Notes under the pieces: model-generated | The model's database searches: none | Seen by the model: only the letters and a program-made list of their open reading frames with translations | What the model was told of the DNA's origin: nothing | From: Felis catus | Taxonomy: Eukaryota | Assembly: GCF_018350175.1 (NCBI RefSeq) | Contig: NC_058368.1 | Span: forward strand, 66,404,001-66,468,000 | DNA length: 64,000 nt | Direction: 5' to 3' | Shown: positions 52,496-64,000 of the stretch, in pieces | Layout: each line of letters opens with the position of its first letter | Position numbering within the stretch: position 1 is the stretch's first letter | Program-made: the position numbers and the translations under genes

Positions 52496-54756
52496 AGAAA
52501 GCTTGGTTTCTTTACTACTTAAGTCCCTTTTTCAATCACCTAATATAAGCTAAGCCACTTGTGGGCACCCAAATAAGTATTTGCTGTTGGTGCCATAGTG
52601 CCAATAGTCTAGTCTTGAAAAGTGAATTTTCCACAGTGAAGGATATTTCCTGACCCTGTTCACACCCTCACCCAAACTCAAATATTTACATCTGGTTTCA
52701 ATTCATTGATCCAGTATTTTTTCAGAAGACCCCTAACACCTTTTCCAAAATTTACCAGCTTCTCGGTAACAGTTTTTAATTGAAAAAGAAATTTCCCCAA
52801 CCTGCAGCTGTAGTATGATCCTATAAATCATATTGTATGATAAATGATAAAATATCCCCTGTATATGTTTGACAAGCATAAAAGAATTTTGCCCAGCAGC
52901 TGAAATGTTCCCTGAAACTTTTATAGTTTACTGTTGAACATTTAACATTTCAAAATCTGTTAAAAGGGAAATTCTAAGAGCCTTAATTATCATTACCTTG
53001 CCTCCACAGGAAATAATTTCCTTCTAAATATTGTGCTTTATCTGTCCTGATTTCTGAATTCATGGCAAATCTTTTAGCGTCTGGATTGTTTTGTTTTGTT
53101 TTTCCCCACCCCAGGCCATTAACCACAGTACAGAAAAAAAAAGCTAGGACTTTACCACACAGTGCAATTTTCTAATAAAACACAAGAGGGCAGTTTTTGC
53201 TTTGTTGTCAGCCTAATTCTACTTTGCTGTTAATCAGGATGGTCTGCTAATTACAAATTCAGAAATGCTTAATAACATACAAAGTGAATGAGTAGTCAGA
53301 GTGGGTACTCTGGCAGTGAAATATCTACTATTTTAATAAAGGACAAGCTTAAGTCTTTCTATGAGGCCTTGTTTACAACACAGAGCACAATTCCATGTGG
53401 GAGATGAGGTGATAGTTATAGCAGAGAATGGCTTGAGAAACGGCCAAATTCAGTCATATTAATTACATTCATGAAGTCTGACTTGAGTCGGTGGGGCAAA
53501 TAACACAAGTGGGTTAACGGTTTCTGCCAAATGGACATAATCTTGATGAAAATGGAGAGACGTACATGTCTTCAACAGGAACCTTGAATTTTGTTTTGTT
53601 TTCTTTTAGAAAACTTTAACTTATCCCATTCCTCACCATTTTCTTGCATGTTGTTTTCAAGATTTCATTAAACTACCTGCCAAAGCGTAATTACATTCAC
53701 AGTGGTTATCTTCAGCTTGAATTGCCATTGTTGCTAAAGTCAAAGTAATCCTGCCATCTTTGGGGAGTTTCTGCACAAGCTCCTGGGTCTGTCTGCATAA
53801 GAAAGGCACTAATTTGGCCACTAACACCTTCGGCTGAAAGAAAGCTTTTAAGACATGGGATAGTCCAAGGCCCTAAAATGATACCACGAAGTCTTCACTT
53901 TCTATCCTTGTCCCTGTAAATGGTAGAATTGGGGCCTGCCAACGGTGGGGGGAAGAAAATACAGCTGAAAGTGTTCCCTTGCATTGGGTTGGATGGAATA
54001 AAGTTCCATACAGCATATGTACAACTCAGAATCTGAAAGAGAGGTTGTTATTAATTTCATGGCAGGGATTCAAGATCCCACTATCTTACGTTTTCTCCGG
54101 CACATGTTAAAACAGATGCCAGAGGCCCGGAATGAAAAGTTCTACTTTGAGAACAGTTTATTCATTAAAAATATTTATAGAGCACTCAGGATGAGCAAGA
54201 CTCTGCAGAAATAGGAAGAGGTCAACTTGGGGTTTTGCCATTGCACTGAGGAGAGTAATTACGTCCCCACTGGGGAGCGAACTGACTCTTCATGCGCCTG
54301 TATCAATTAACCACCCACATTCTCTGAGCACTTAAAGCGCTTTGATACAATGGCACTGAAGCTGAACAGAGAGGCATCCAACCTGACCTTTAGAAGCTTA
54401 GATTCTAAACATGGAAGCGAACACCACATACTTCTCTGACTCTAACTCCTTTCTTCTGCGTCCCCAACAAAATGATCGCAAGTTTGCAAGAGGATCAGCA
54501 AATTAGCTGCTGCAGGACCTTGCCTCCCCAGTCAGTGACTTCAAGTAGCCACCCTACTCCCCTACCTTACCCCAAGATCAGTCTTTAGACTGTGGAGACA
54601 TCGAATGTAACTCGTCACCTGGGAGTAGGCTGCTGTCTGGTTTCTCTAGCCCTGCAATTGAGAGCCAAGAAGTAGCAATTGCTGAGAAACTCAGACGATA
54701 GTAGAAACATCAGTTTAAGAACTTATTTTCAAAAGTGAAGTAGTTATTATGTATTT

Positions 54757-54759
<3 letters not shown>

Positions 54760-54793
<34 letters not shown>

Positions 54794-54798
54794 ACACA
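54760..54798. repeat. (CA)n microsatellite
   Basis: Read directly. Other (CA)n runs occur at about 38983-39018 and 39485-39509. Confidence 0.93.
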
Positions 54799-55270
54799 TA
54801 TTCCAATATATGTATATTGAGTGCGAAAAAGATGGGAATTGACGTTCACAAATTAAAAAACAATAGCCCCCAACAGATGGACAAAAGTCTGCAAAACAAC
54901 GTGTTTTTTTTTTCATTTTTCTCTTTAATAATTTTTTTTACTTCTTGTTAATATGAGATTAAAATTACTCATTAGGATTACTACAATTAACAATGTTAAA
55001 TCCTAAGCAGAACACAAATTAATAGCGAGGAATTTTACAATTAGAAGAGAGTTTCATTCACAAAGGAAAGGTAGTTATTAGGTTTAATTTCACTTCTGAA
55101 TGTTTGCTTTATAAAAGCATTTCTTTCGAAACCATAATTCATTTACATACAATTTTTCTAATACTGAGGATAGAAACATATACAGTGATCTATTCATTTT
55201 CTTCAAGGTTGGAGTTTTTCCACTGTCATTGAGAAATACAACCGTACAATGCTTCCTGGTATTTTCTGAC

Positions 55271-55403
55271 TTTATTTGCATAATATTCAATGTAAGTAAA
55301 TACCAACTTTTTCATTCCAACAAGTTCGCTCCACCTTTAAATTTCATAAAAGGCATTCATCATTGATTTATTGTGATGTTAGAAAATGTTAGAAAATTTT
55401 ATT
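55271..55403 (-). terminator. Candidate DCT polyadenylation signals
   Basis: TTTATT on + (AATAAA on -) at 55271-55276, 55367-55372 and 55398-55403, with another at 54157-54162. Confidence 0.3.
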
Positions 55404-57512
55404 CCTCTTCTATGAACTATAAAATTAGGAAATCGTTTCTCTTAGGAAGACATTATAAAACATAATGTTTGTACAAAGTTGCATTCACTATAGATAAAAG
55501 TAGCTAAGTGTAAGTGATTACCCTCTATTTCTACCTCAGATAGATCTTGCTTTAAATAAATCGTGTGGGAATATGATGAATGAAAATTCTGATGTACCTG
55601 AAAAGTAAGCTAGAGGTGGTTATTTGCTTTGTAGAATTATTCATATAGTTCATCTATAAGAAGTAATTTCCCCTGGTACTTTTAACATATCATTGATTTA
55701 AACGTAACTTTTCAGAAACACACCTACCATGCACAATTATGTCTTCATTTTAACGTTTCTCTTTTAGCTTAAAAACAGGATGTAAAACTGTGTTCCTCAA
55801 CAACCCCAAGTTCGGAGAGTAAACCTTCCAGACTAGAGTACGTTCATGAAACTTTGCGGAATTTTCCATAGATACTGTTAAAGGCAGGAATGAGATCTAT
55901 GTGTGGCTGTGGTTAGAAAAGGTCCACAAAGGACCCTGGGCTACCTTGATTTTCATGTGCTGAGCCCACTCTCAGATATACCTGTAGCTTTACGAGGTAT
56001 ATTCAGGCTCAAATTCAGTTCAGAATGGGCCTTGTCCATTTCTCTGGCTTTCATGGTCTCATTCCAGGGGATAACACTGCGTCTTGATGAATCTTACACC
56101 CTTTAGCACCACACCCCCCCTATGTAGAAAGTATCTAGCTCCAGGGTCCTCTTCCCACCCATTCTTCACACACATCCATTCCAGTAAAGAGGAGTTGAAA
56201 TGAGTGGACACACAGGCTACCTTCTAGAACTCTGGCCTCACTCCTGAAGCACAGGTGCCAGATATGAGCAGAAGAAATTTACCTTGAAATCTCAGTAACT
56301 GTTAACTTCTCAGAAGTAGGGATCATCTTGGTAAGTCTGTGTATCTTAGTAAAGATTGTCCATTCTTATGTCTCATGATACAATGATTACTTAGTGGAAC
56401 ACAACCATTTAATTCTGCATTGTCGCATTTTGTATGAATGGTTTGCTTTTAAAATGATAAGACTTAATTGATTAGCATCCATAGGTCACTGTCAGTACAG
56501 CGCAGCATTAGTAAATCTAAAGTCAACTCTTAAAAATAAACCAACGGCATTATACATGAATAATTTCTCATCTGAGAGGCTACTTGGTAAAGTAATTCGT
56601 TCAGGATCAGCCAAATGAGACCTCAGAGTAATGAAACTCTAATCAAATTGTCCCATATTCAGGATTCTAGCCTCACAGCCTTTTCCAGACAGCCTTTCCT
56701 CGAAGAAGTGTTTCTATACTTGTTAGTAGACTTAAAACAGTATATTAATTAGGAAACTCTATAACTTAACCCTTCATCTATTTATCACTATAGGATCAAT
56801 GTTTATCCAGCTATGGAATCTCATGATATGTCTACTGTTAAGAACTGCAGGTTTTGACAAATTCTGGAAAGTCTAATTTACGAAAGAGAATCAAACTGAT
56901 CATTCATTCATTCAGTCAGTCATTCTCCATCCTATTTGGAAAATAGGGTCTTCAAGCACATTGTAAAGGCTACAGAAGAAAAGACACAGCAGGCCTCAGA
57001 AAGACAATCAGGAAGGCACCTAAAAGCATTGATGTTTAGAGCTAAACTCATGGAGACTCAGGAAGCACCTGCCCCCCCGTACCCCCACCCCATTACAAAT
57101 GAAGACACTTGGGCTAAGAAAAAATCAAACCACGATCTTGCCCAGGTCTCAAATTACACTGACCTGCAAATTAAAATGAACCCACTCTATCAATTGTGTG
57201 TGTGTGCGCGCACGTGCATGTGTGTGTGTTCTCAGAACATGAGGAGGCTTAATCAGTGTGGAAGTTATTATCAGATACCATAAATTGTTAGCTCTACCTT
57301 AGTTTGGTGAGAGAAATAGCCTCAAACATTCCAGTTTGAGTCTGTTAAACAAGTAAACCAGCAACTACAGCTAAGCGTCTTCTGTGTTTGGGATAATCAC
57401 TACAATAGGAAGAACCGTGTCAAACATCTTCAACTAAAGGAGGGACAGCGAGGATTCGTTTGTACATCGGCAGGGTCCTACGGCCGCTTCTCTAGGGAAA
57501 GGCGTGAGCCCT

Positions 57513-57685
57513 CTAGGCTTCTTCTGTGTACTTCTTGTTGCTTAAATGTGTCTCCACCAGGGGTGTGTAGCCTTTTCGAAGTCTTCTATACTGAAGGAAA
57601 AACAGCAGCACAAAAAGGCCAACCAGAGCCACCAACATTCCCATAACCACCAAGAGGGTTGTGGACCAACCTGGAGTTTCTTCAA
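57513..57685 (-). CDS. DCT: Dopachrome tautomerase terminal exon 8 (transmembrane helix and cytoplasmic tail)
   Basis: Acceptor cttcttttctgcttttattgcag|TT, phase-compatible with exon 7. Translates (V)EETPGWSTTLLVVMGMLVALVGLFVLLFFLQYRRLRKGYTPLVETHLSNKKYTEEA, then TAG. Contains a YTPL YxxPhi-type sorting motif. Confidence 0.98.
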
Positions 57686-58341
57686 CTGCAATAAAAGCAG
57701 AAAAGAAGGGTTGACAATGGGGATTTTCATCAGCTGAATATTCTTAGAGAAGAAAAGAATACACCAATTTGTTTTTCACGTGCATTTTTTTGTTGATAAA
57801 GCAAAACTCTACCGGCCGGGATAAAATTTATCTTTCCCTTCCCCACCAACACTTTGTCATATCCAGAATTGTCTTTCTTGAGGAAATGGCATTCGATTAT
57901 CTACGTACAGCTGATTGCATTTTTAAATTTCTTACGACAAACATTTATACAGAATAAACCCTCCAAGGAAGTATATAACTACTTTCGTGAGTTAGAATCT
58001 CATTTGTTAAAGTGTATGCTAAAATAGTATCTGGGGAACTGCAAAATATACAGCCCTCAAATGGAGAGTTTCAGCTACTTCTCTACCTGTTAATAGGATG
58101 ATAAATGTGTGAGACAGGTCAGATTGGCTATTATAACAGGAGACATTCAATAGCAGAAGCAGATGAAGTTTGTGCCCATTTAAATAGTTGTGAATGTAAT
58201 CTGAATCTTCCACATAATAAATCTAATACTTGACTTAAATCTATTTTATAAGCACTCTCCACAAAATTAATGGATTTCATTTTAATATACTTTTGCCAGT
58301 TTGTCATTTCTTTAAAAATCCCCTTCTCCTTGGTCAGCTAT

Positions 58342-58548
58342 TCTTTTTTTTTTTTAATTTTTTATTGCTTGTATTTATTTTTGAGAGACAGGGAGGGAGG
58401 GGCAGAGAGAGGGAGACACAGAATCTGAAGCTGGCTCCAGGCTCTGAGCCATCAGCACAGAGCCCGACACGGGGCTCGAACTTGTGAAAGGTGAGATCAT
58501 GACCGAGTTGAAGTCTGGCACTTAACTGACTGAGCCACCCAGGCACCT
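58342..58548 (-). mobile_element. Can-SINE in DCT intron 7
   Basis: TSD ttgg(t/c)cagctattctt. Confidence 0.92.
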
Positions 58549-58811
58549 CATTGGCCAGCTATTCTTAAATTCGATTTCTCTGACCCGGGTTCTTACTCTA
58601 CATCCTGCATTTGCCTAAATGTAAAATCCTCCTTCTAGGATTTTCCTCCAATTCCACAGATGGCCCCTACTCACCCTGAAGCAATTTCTCCAAGAAGATT
58701 GTTGGTAATTTTTCTCCTCCTGCTACAATCCAGCATCTGTTGCCAGAACCTTATTCTTAAAACACAGATTTTATTCTGCCATTTCTTTGCTCATGCATAA
58801 AAAATGATCGT

Positions 58812-59505
58812 TCTTTTAAATCGTGGTAAAACACACATGACATGTATTTAACCATCACAACTATTTTTAAATGCTCAGTTCTGTGGCGTTAGTGCATTCA
58901 CACTGTTGTGTGACCTCACCACCATCTATCCACAGGATATTTTTCACCTTGCAAAACTGAAATAATATCTCCCCAATCCCCCAGCCCCCAGCCCCTGTCT
59001 CTATACATTTGACTACTCTAGATACCTCATATAGGTGAAATCATACAGTTTTTGCTGTTTTGTGACTGGCTTATTTCATTTAGCATAAGATCTTCAGGAT
59101 TCCTTCATGTCATAGCATATGACAGGATTTCCTTCCTTTTTAAGGCTGAGTAGTAGTGTTCCATCGCATGCATGTGCTACAATTTGTTTATCCATCTAGC
59201 CCTGGGTAGACATTGAGTTCTTTCTTTTGTCGATTGTGAGTAATGCTGCTATGAACAGAGGTTTACAAATAGCTGTTGGAGTATTTGCTTTCGAATCTTT
59301 GCTGGATCATATGGTAATTTGATACTTAAGTTTTTGAGAAACTGCCATATTGTTTTCCGCAGAAGCTATATACCACATTACATTCCCCCCAGCAGTACAG
59401 GAGGGTTCCAATTACTCCACACAGCCTAAGTGACACTGGTTATTTACTGCTTTGTCTGTAATAGCCATCCTAATGGGTGGAAAGTGGCATCTCATTGTGG
59501 TTTCT
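58812..59505 (-). mobile_element. Old L1 (L1MB-like) 3' end in DCT intron 7
   Basis: gtggtaaaacacacat...ttgactactctagatacctcatata...tagccatcctaatgggtg. Confidence 0.8.
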
Positions 59506-60595
59506 GCCTAGCTTTTAAGGTCCCCAGTAATCAGATCCGAACTTAATGTGGGTAATCTTCTCCCCAAGCCTTCTTCTCCGACCAAGCGTCTTCACACAGT
59601 CCTTTATACAGACTGCACCTTTCACAGCTCTGTCCCTGCCCTTCTTCAGTTGAAAATGCTCCCTTCTTTCCACCTCACCTTCAGAAGATCCCCCACATCT
59701 TTGAATCTGATTCAAGAAGCCTTTCCCAAATCTTCCACTCCCTTCTCCGACCTTAGGTTACAGTTATGTCTCCTCAGAGAGGATTGTAAATTTCTTTGTC
59801 AGACCATTAAGTGAAACGTTAATTTGTGTCTTCTAATGAGTTAATGCCTTCTGGGCATATTTAGACTCTCAATCTATACCTGTTAATTAGCTGATGTCAG
59901 AGGAAATGGAAGAACGGGCAAATGCACCTCCCAAACTTTTTGATTATTACTATGTTCAATTCCAGAGAAAAAAATGAAGTTTCAAAAAGATATCTCAGCT
60001 GTCCAAAGAAAGGAAACTTCAAATAAGTAAGGAGAACAAGTAGGCAAAGTTGCAGGACTAGAAGGAAAAACAAGGGACAGGTTCCAGGGCCTGAAAGACT
60101 CTGAAGTCAGAGAGAGATGTGAGCTCAGAAGTCATTGTGATTACACTGTAGGCTGAGATTTAGGGAAGAGAAATAGACACAAACAGGGAAAACTCACCAG
60201 CAGATGGGCTGTGTGTTTTGGGGGATTCTTGACAAAGTAAGATATTTTTTTATTGTTTTACCTTTTCTCTCTCAGCCTGTCCTAAGATGGTTTAAATGGC
60301 ACGTGGCGCCATACTGGGGCCTCAGCAAATAGAAAAATAGGTGCCTGTGTATAGACACTTATCAAAATATCCTCCCATATTCTGAACCAAGTGGGAAAAG
60401 CTAATAAAAAATCTGAAGCTTAAAAACATGACTTAAAGAACGGTGATGAAGAACACAGGTGAAGCCCCATGTAGTCCAATGTGTTGGCAGGCCAACATCA
60501 ATCTCACAAACCCACCCAGCACGGGTGATATGGGCTAACTGGAAGCAATTGGTGTTGTCACAAGATAATGCAGGAGTGGATGAACAAACAACACA

Positions 60596-60769
60596 ATCCT
60601 GTCTTTAATACAATTTTGATAGTGTACTCATCTTTTTTGCATTAACTTTGATTTCTGAAAAATATTGCATTGCATTATTATTTATCTCAATTCCTGAATT
60701 TTTTCGGTCTCCCCTTGAACTCTGTGCTCAGGGCAAGTACTGCACTTGCCTAACCCTGCACGCAGCCCT
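60596..60769 (-). mobile_element. hAT-Tip100 MITE fragment (MER96B-like)
   Basis: atcctgtctttaat...tttgcattaactttgattt...cacttgcctaaccctg. Confidence 0.55.
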
Positions 60770-61125
60770 TCTTTAAGTGACGGCTAAGTCCTGCTAATTC
60801 CTGTCCACATGGGCCTAGTGCATTTTGATTTTATTGGGTAGACCTTTCAAACCATGGCCGGTATTTTATTGATTCAGATTACTTATTTATTACATATTAT
60901 TATTTATTAATTCAGTCATCCAACCAGTCCATTTTCTGATGGTTAATTGGTCATTCCAAGGCACATTTTGCTAAGTATATATATATATATATATAGTAGA
61001 AAATTGCCAACTGACTTAACCAAACCTGAGTACTTCAGTGTAAGGTCTTGGTTCATATTTTGAAAAAGAAAGAAAAGTTCTTTAGAAGATGCATGAATTA
61101 CCCACTTAGAAGTTGCATTCATTAC

Positions 61126-61327
61126 CTGGTAGATCGATGGCATAGCTGTAGCCAAGTTGGTCTGCAGTTAAAAAGAATTCCACATTAGTCACGGGAGGGA
61201 AGAAAGGAACCATGTTGTACATCCGATTGTGGCCAATGGGCGCCAGTTCCTGAGGCCAGGCATCCACAGGAGGATTGGATCTTTTCATCCACTCATCAAA
61301 AATGGCATCAGTAAAGGAATGAAGTAC
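61126..61327 (-). CDS. DCT: Dopachrome tautomerase (TYRP2) exon 7
   Basis: Minus-strand acceptor tgtcttgtag|GTA and donor CCAG|gtaatg. 202 nt. Translates [67 protein letters not shown], with the tyrosinase-family metal-B His and the APIGHN motif. Confidence 0.98.
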
Positions 61328-61738
61328 CTACAAGACAGTTGGACACATGGCATTTGACATTGACCTGTCTGTTCCAATCAGGCCAATCAGATTGGAGCTT
61401 TCTTTAAAATGGAATGGTGTTCTTCTTGACATGAGGAACTTCTTTATACCCAACTTTATCTTAGTGGCATAACCACTGATATTTTTAATTCAGTTTTCAA
61501 GGCTGCATGGCATCTCTCCAAACAGGATCATAAACCTCTTTGTCAGTGAACAAACGAAAGTTCATTTGCAGATTTAACACTCATTTGGGAACATCTGATG
61601 CCTTCAGTAAATAAGTGTTAATTATTAAGTTGAGAATAAAGGCAAGTATGACAAGATAAATATCCTACTCAATATTCAGAAGCTTTGGTTTTAACAGAAG
61701 AGAAAGAGGCTGTGTTTAACGATGTTGCAACACAGACA

Positions 61739-61910
61739 GGAAGGAAGGAAGGAAGGAAGGAAGGAAGGAAGGAAGGAAGAAAGAAAAGGAAGGGAAGAAG
61801 GAAGGAAGGAAGGAAGGAAGGAAGGAAGGAAGGAAGGAATAAAGAAAGAGAGAGAGAGAAAGGAGAGAAGGAGAGAGGTGGAGGAAGGAGAGGAGGGAAG
61901 GGGAGAAGAA
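61739..61910. repeat. Compound (GGAA)10-spacer-(GGAA)10 polypurine tract
   Basis: Perfect blocks at 61739-61778 and 61800-61839, followed by GA-rich sequence. Confidence 0.95.
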
Positions 61911-63439
61911 AATCTTCAAAATAGGTTTTCAAATTATTCTCACCAGGTCCAATCTTCTGTATACTCATTTTGTAACCCTCTCATTTGGATTTTGGGTGTT
62001 ATGCTAGCAAAAGAGAATCTAAAAAATGTTGTGATGTGCACAGTGCTCATTTTTATTTCCTCAAGGAAGCTATTAAAGTCCTTTTCAAATACAGCAATTA
62101 TTTCATGTTTTAAAATATTTAGTAGCAAAGTTTCCACATTTATAGCCCCAATTTTGCAACAGGACATAAATGTGAGAGTTCAGTTCAACCTTTATGCTGG
62201 GTTCCTCTTTTTATTCTCAGACTGTAAGTTCAAGGACTTATGGACACTGTCCCCTTCTTTTCCCCTGGGTCCCAAGTGACTATCATCCGAGAACCTGTCA
62301 CATGGGCGCAGGGAGGTACTTATTCCAATAAATGCTTATTAAATGAATTCATTCACCCAACCACCATTATTCCTTGTACTCCAATTAGAACACTAGCCAA
62401 ATTTTACTATAACTTGTTACTTATTTATCTGTTTTCCTCAATAAGACCCTTAATTCCTAAAGGTCAGAGATCAGGTCTTTCTACCTTTGAAGCATGACCT
62501 TAGCATGCAACCTGGACAGAGGTGATGTTTAATAAGAAGTTGTTGCCTAAAGACTGTGCCGGGCAAAGTAGTTTTATCTTTTGTACAATTCAACTAAACA
62601 GGCCCCTTTCTAGCTGGTGCTGTTTCCTCAGCTTGCAATGCTGTTTCATCTGTTTTCTGACATCGGTTCATCAAGGACCAATGCAATGGTTCCTGCCCTC
62701 GAGTATCTTCCCTCATGGCTCCCAGTCTGAATTCATAGCTCTCTGCACTTAGCACCTTTAACTGCATTGCCCTCCTGGCTTATGTTACTGTTGTTAATTT
62801 AGTCAATAACATTTTCAAATCTTACCCAAGGTTCCTGGTGGTTAGTTGTCCCTATCAGGCAACAGCGAGAACTTTCTGCCTGTATTGTCTCACATGGATA
62901 CACAGAGGGTAGTTAAAGGAATCAAGTCATTTACTCAAGGGATAGTTTTTTTCCCTGAATGGATTTTTTACAGTTCATGGCAAAGACAATCATCTTAAGA
63001 AACAAAAACATCAAATGTTAAGACCCAGGCCGGGCTTTTGCAGAGATAAAAGATTTTTGTGAATTCTGAAGTCTCAGCTTTGAGTAGCAAAATTGAAGTT
63101 TCAAAGAAATAAAGGCGTAAAGTTTAAAGCAACAGCTTTGGAAGACACATGATATTGCAAATGATCAATGTTTCCTACAAGTAGAGTTTAGAAAAAGTCA
63201 TCTTTGAGAAGGGGCATCAGCCCTGGAAAAAGGACTATGTGTTAGCTTTGGTGTAGGTCCCTGAAAAGGTTCCTCATGTCCTGGGAACTCCGGATAAGGT
63301 TAGAAGGTTCCCAGGGAGAGACGTTGTGCTTCCTCCTCTAGCTGTAACCTGGGGAGCCTGCCAGGCTTAAACACAGCTTTCACTGCAAGTATGGAGCCCA
63401 CGCAGTAGGGGTGGAATGCCTAAGGACAGCAAGCACTCC

Positions 63440-63895
63440 TGGTTGCTTACCAAACATCCATTCTCCTCTTCTTCCGTTGTAACTTGCTTTGTATTTTGAG
63501 TGAAGCAATGTATCAAATTATCCCTGAGATTGAACTAGGTGTCTCTGGATCTGACTTCTAGGAAAGTTCTTTAAAGGTCATGGTCTCAGCTTAAGAGTGT
63601 CCCCCTTTCCCTTTCCATTTGTCTTTGCTGCTTCATGGAACATGGATGTGATGGTTGAAGTTGCCGCAGGCATCTTAACAGCCAACTAACAAAGTTAGGA
63701 AAAGAGGTCACTCACCAAGGGAGGTAGAGCAGAAAGACAGAAGGGTCCATGATGACTGTGGAGATACTACACCAGCCCTGGACTGCCCGCCACTGGGGCT
63801 CTTTTACATAAAGAGAAAAATAATCCTCTTTTTTGCTTGGACTTCTATAACAGGTTTTCTGTTCTAAGCAGCTGAACCAAACCCTATGTGATACA
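63440..63895 (+). mobile_element. Old MaLR LTR (MLT1J-like)
   Basis: ggaacatggatgtgatggttg...accagccctggactgcc...gcagctgaaccaaaccct. Confidence 0.6.
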
Positions 63896-64000
63896 TAGAA
63901 AAAGTATCTAGAGGTGTACCAGAGTGCATTTTGCAAAGAAAGCCACACAATATCTCGAGCTTTTAGATACTGAGTTCAAGTCAGAGATCAAACTGTGATT

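Noticed and set aside
57542..57737. ORF-track entries over DCT exon 8
   Set aside because: Wrong frame or strand. The true frame is entered by splicing at 57685.
61669..62279. 185-aa ORF and overlapping ORFs
   Set aside because: They are kept open by the stop-free GGAA/GA repeat and have low-complexity translations.

Overview
This is mammalian genomic DNA from a felid (cat-type Can-SINEs throughout), covering the tail-to-tail 3' ends of two genes. On the + strand are the last three coding exons of glypican-6 (GPC6): 2187-2323, 17009-17184 and 21120-21322. They have GT-AG boundaries and compatible phases and are followed by a roughly 5 kb repeat-poor putative 3' UTR. On the - strand are the last two coding exons of dopachrome tautomerase (DCT/TYRP2): 61327-61126 and 57685-57513. 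The rest is intronic or intergenic and contains about 20 Can-SINEs, L1 fragments, MaLR/ERVL LTRs, hAT/Tigger DNA transposons and microsatellites. Almost all supplied ORFs are spurious. I found no evidence of a new multi-gene system. The best leads are RNA-processing features around GPC6 exon 8 (decoy acceptor, flanking inverted SINEs, intronic SINE poly(A) signals) and an orphan CpG/NRF1 promoter-like element at a transposon end in the intergenic region. Exon numbers, human comparisons and repeat family names are recalled from memory and were not obtained by any database search.
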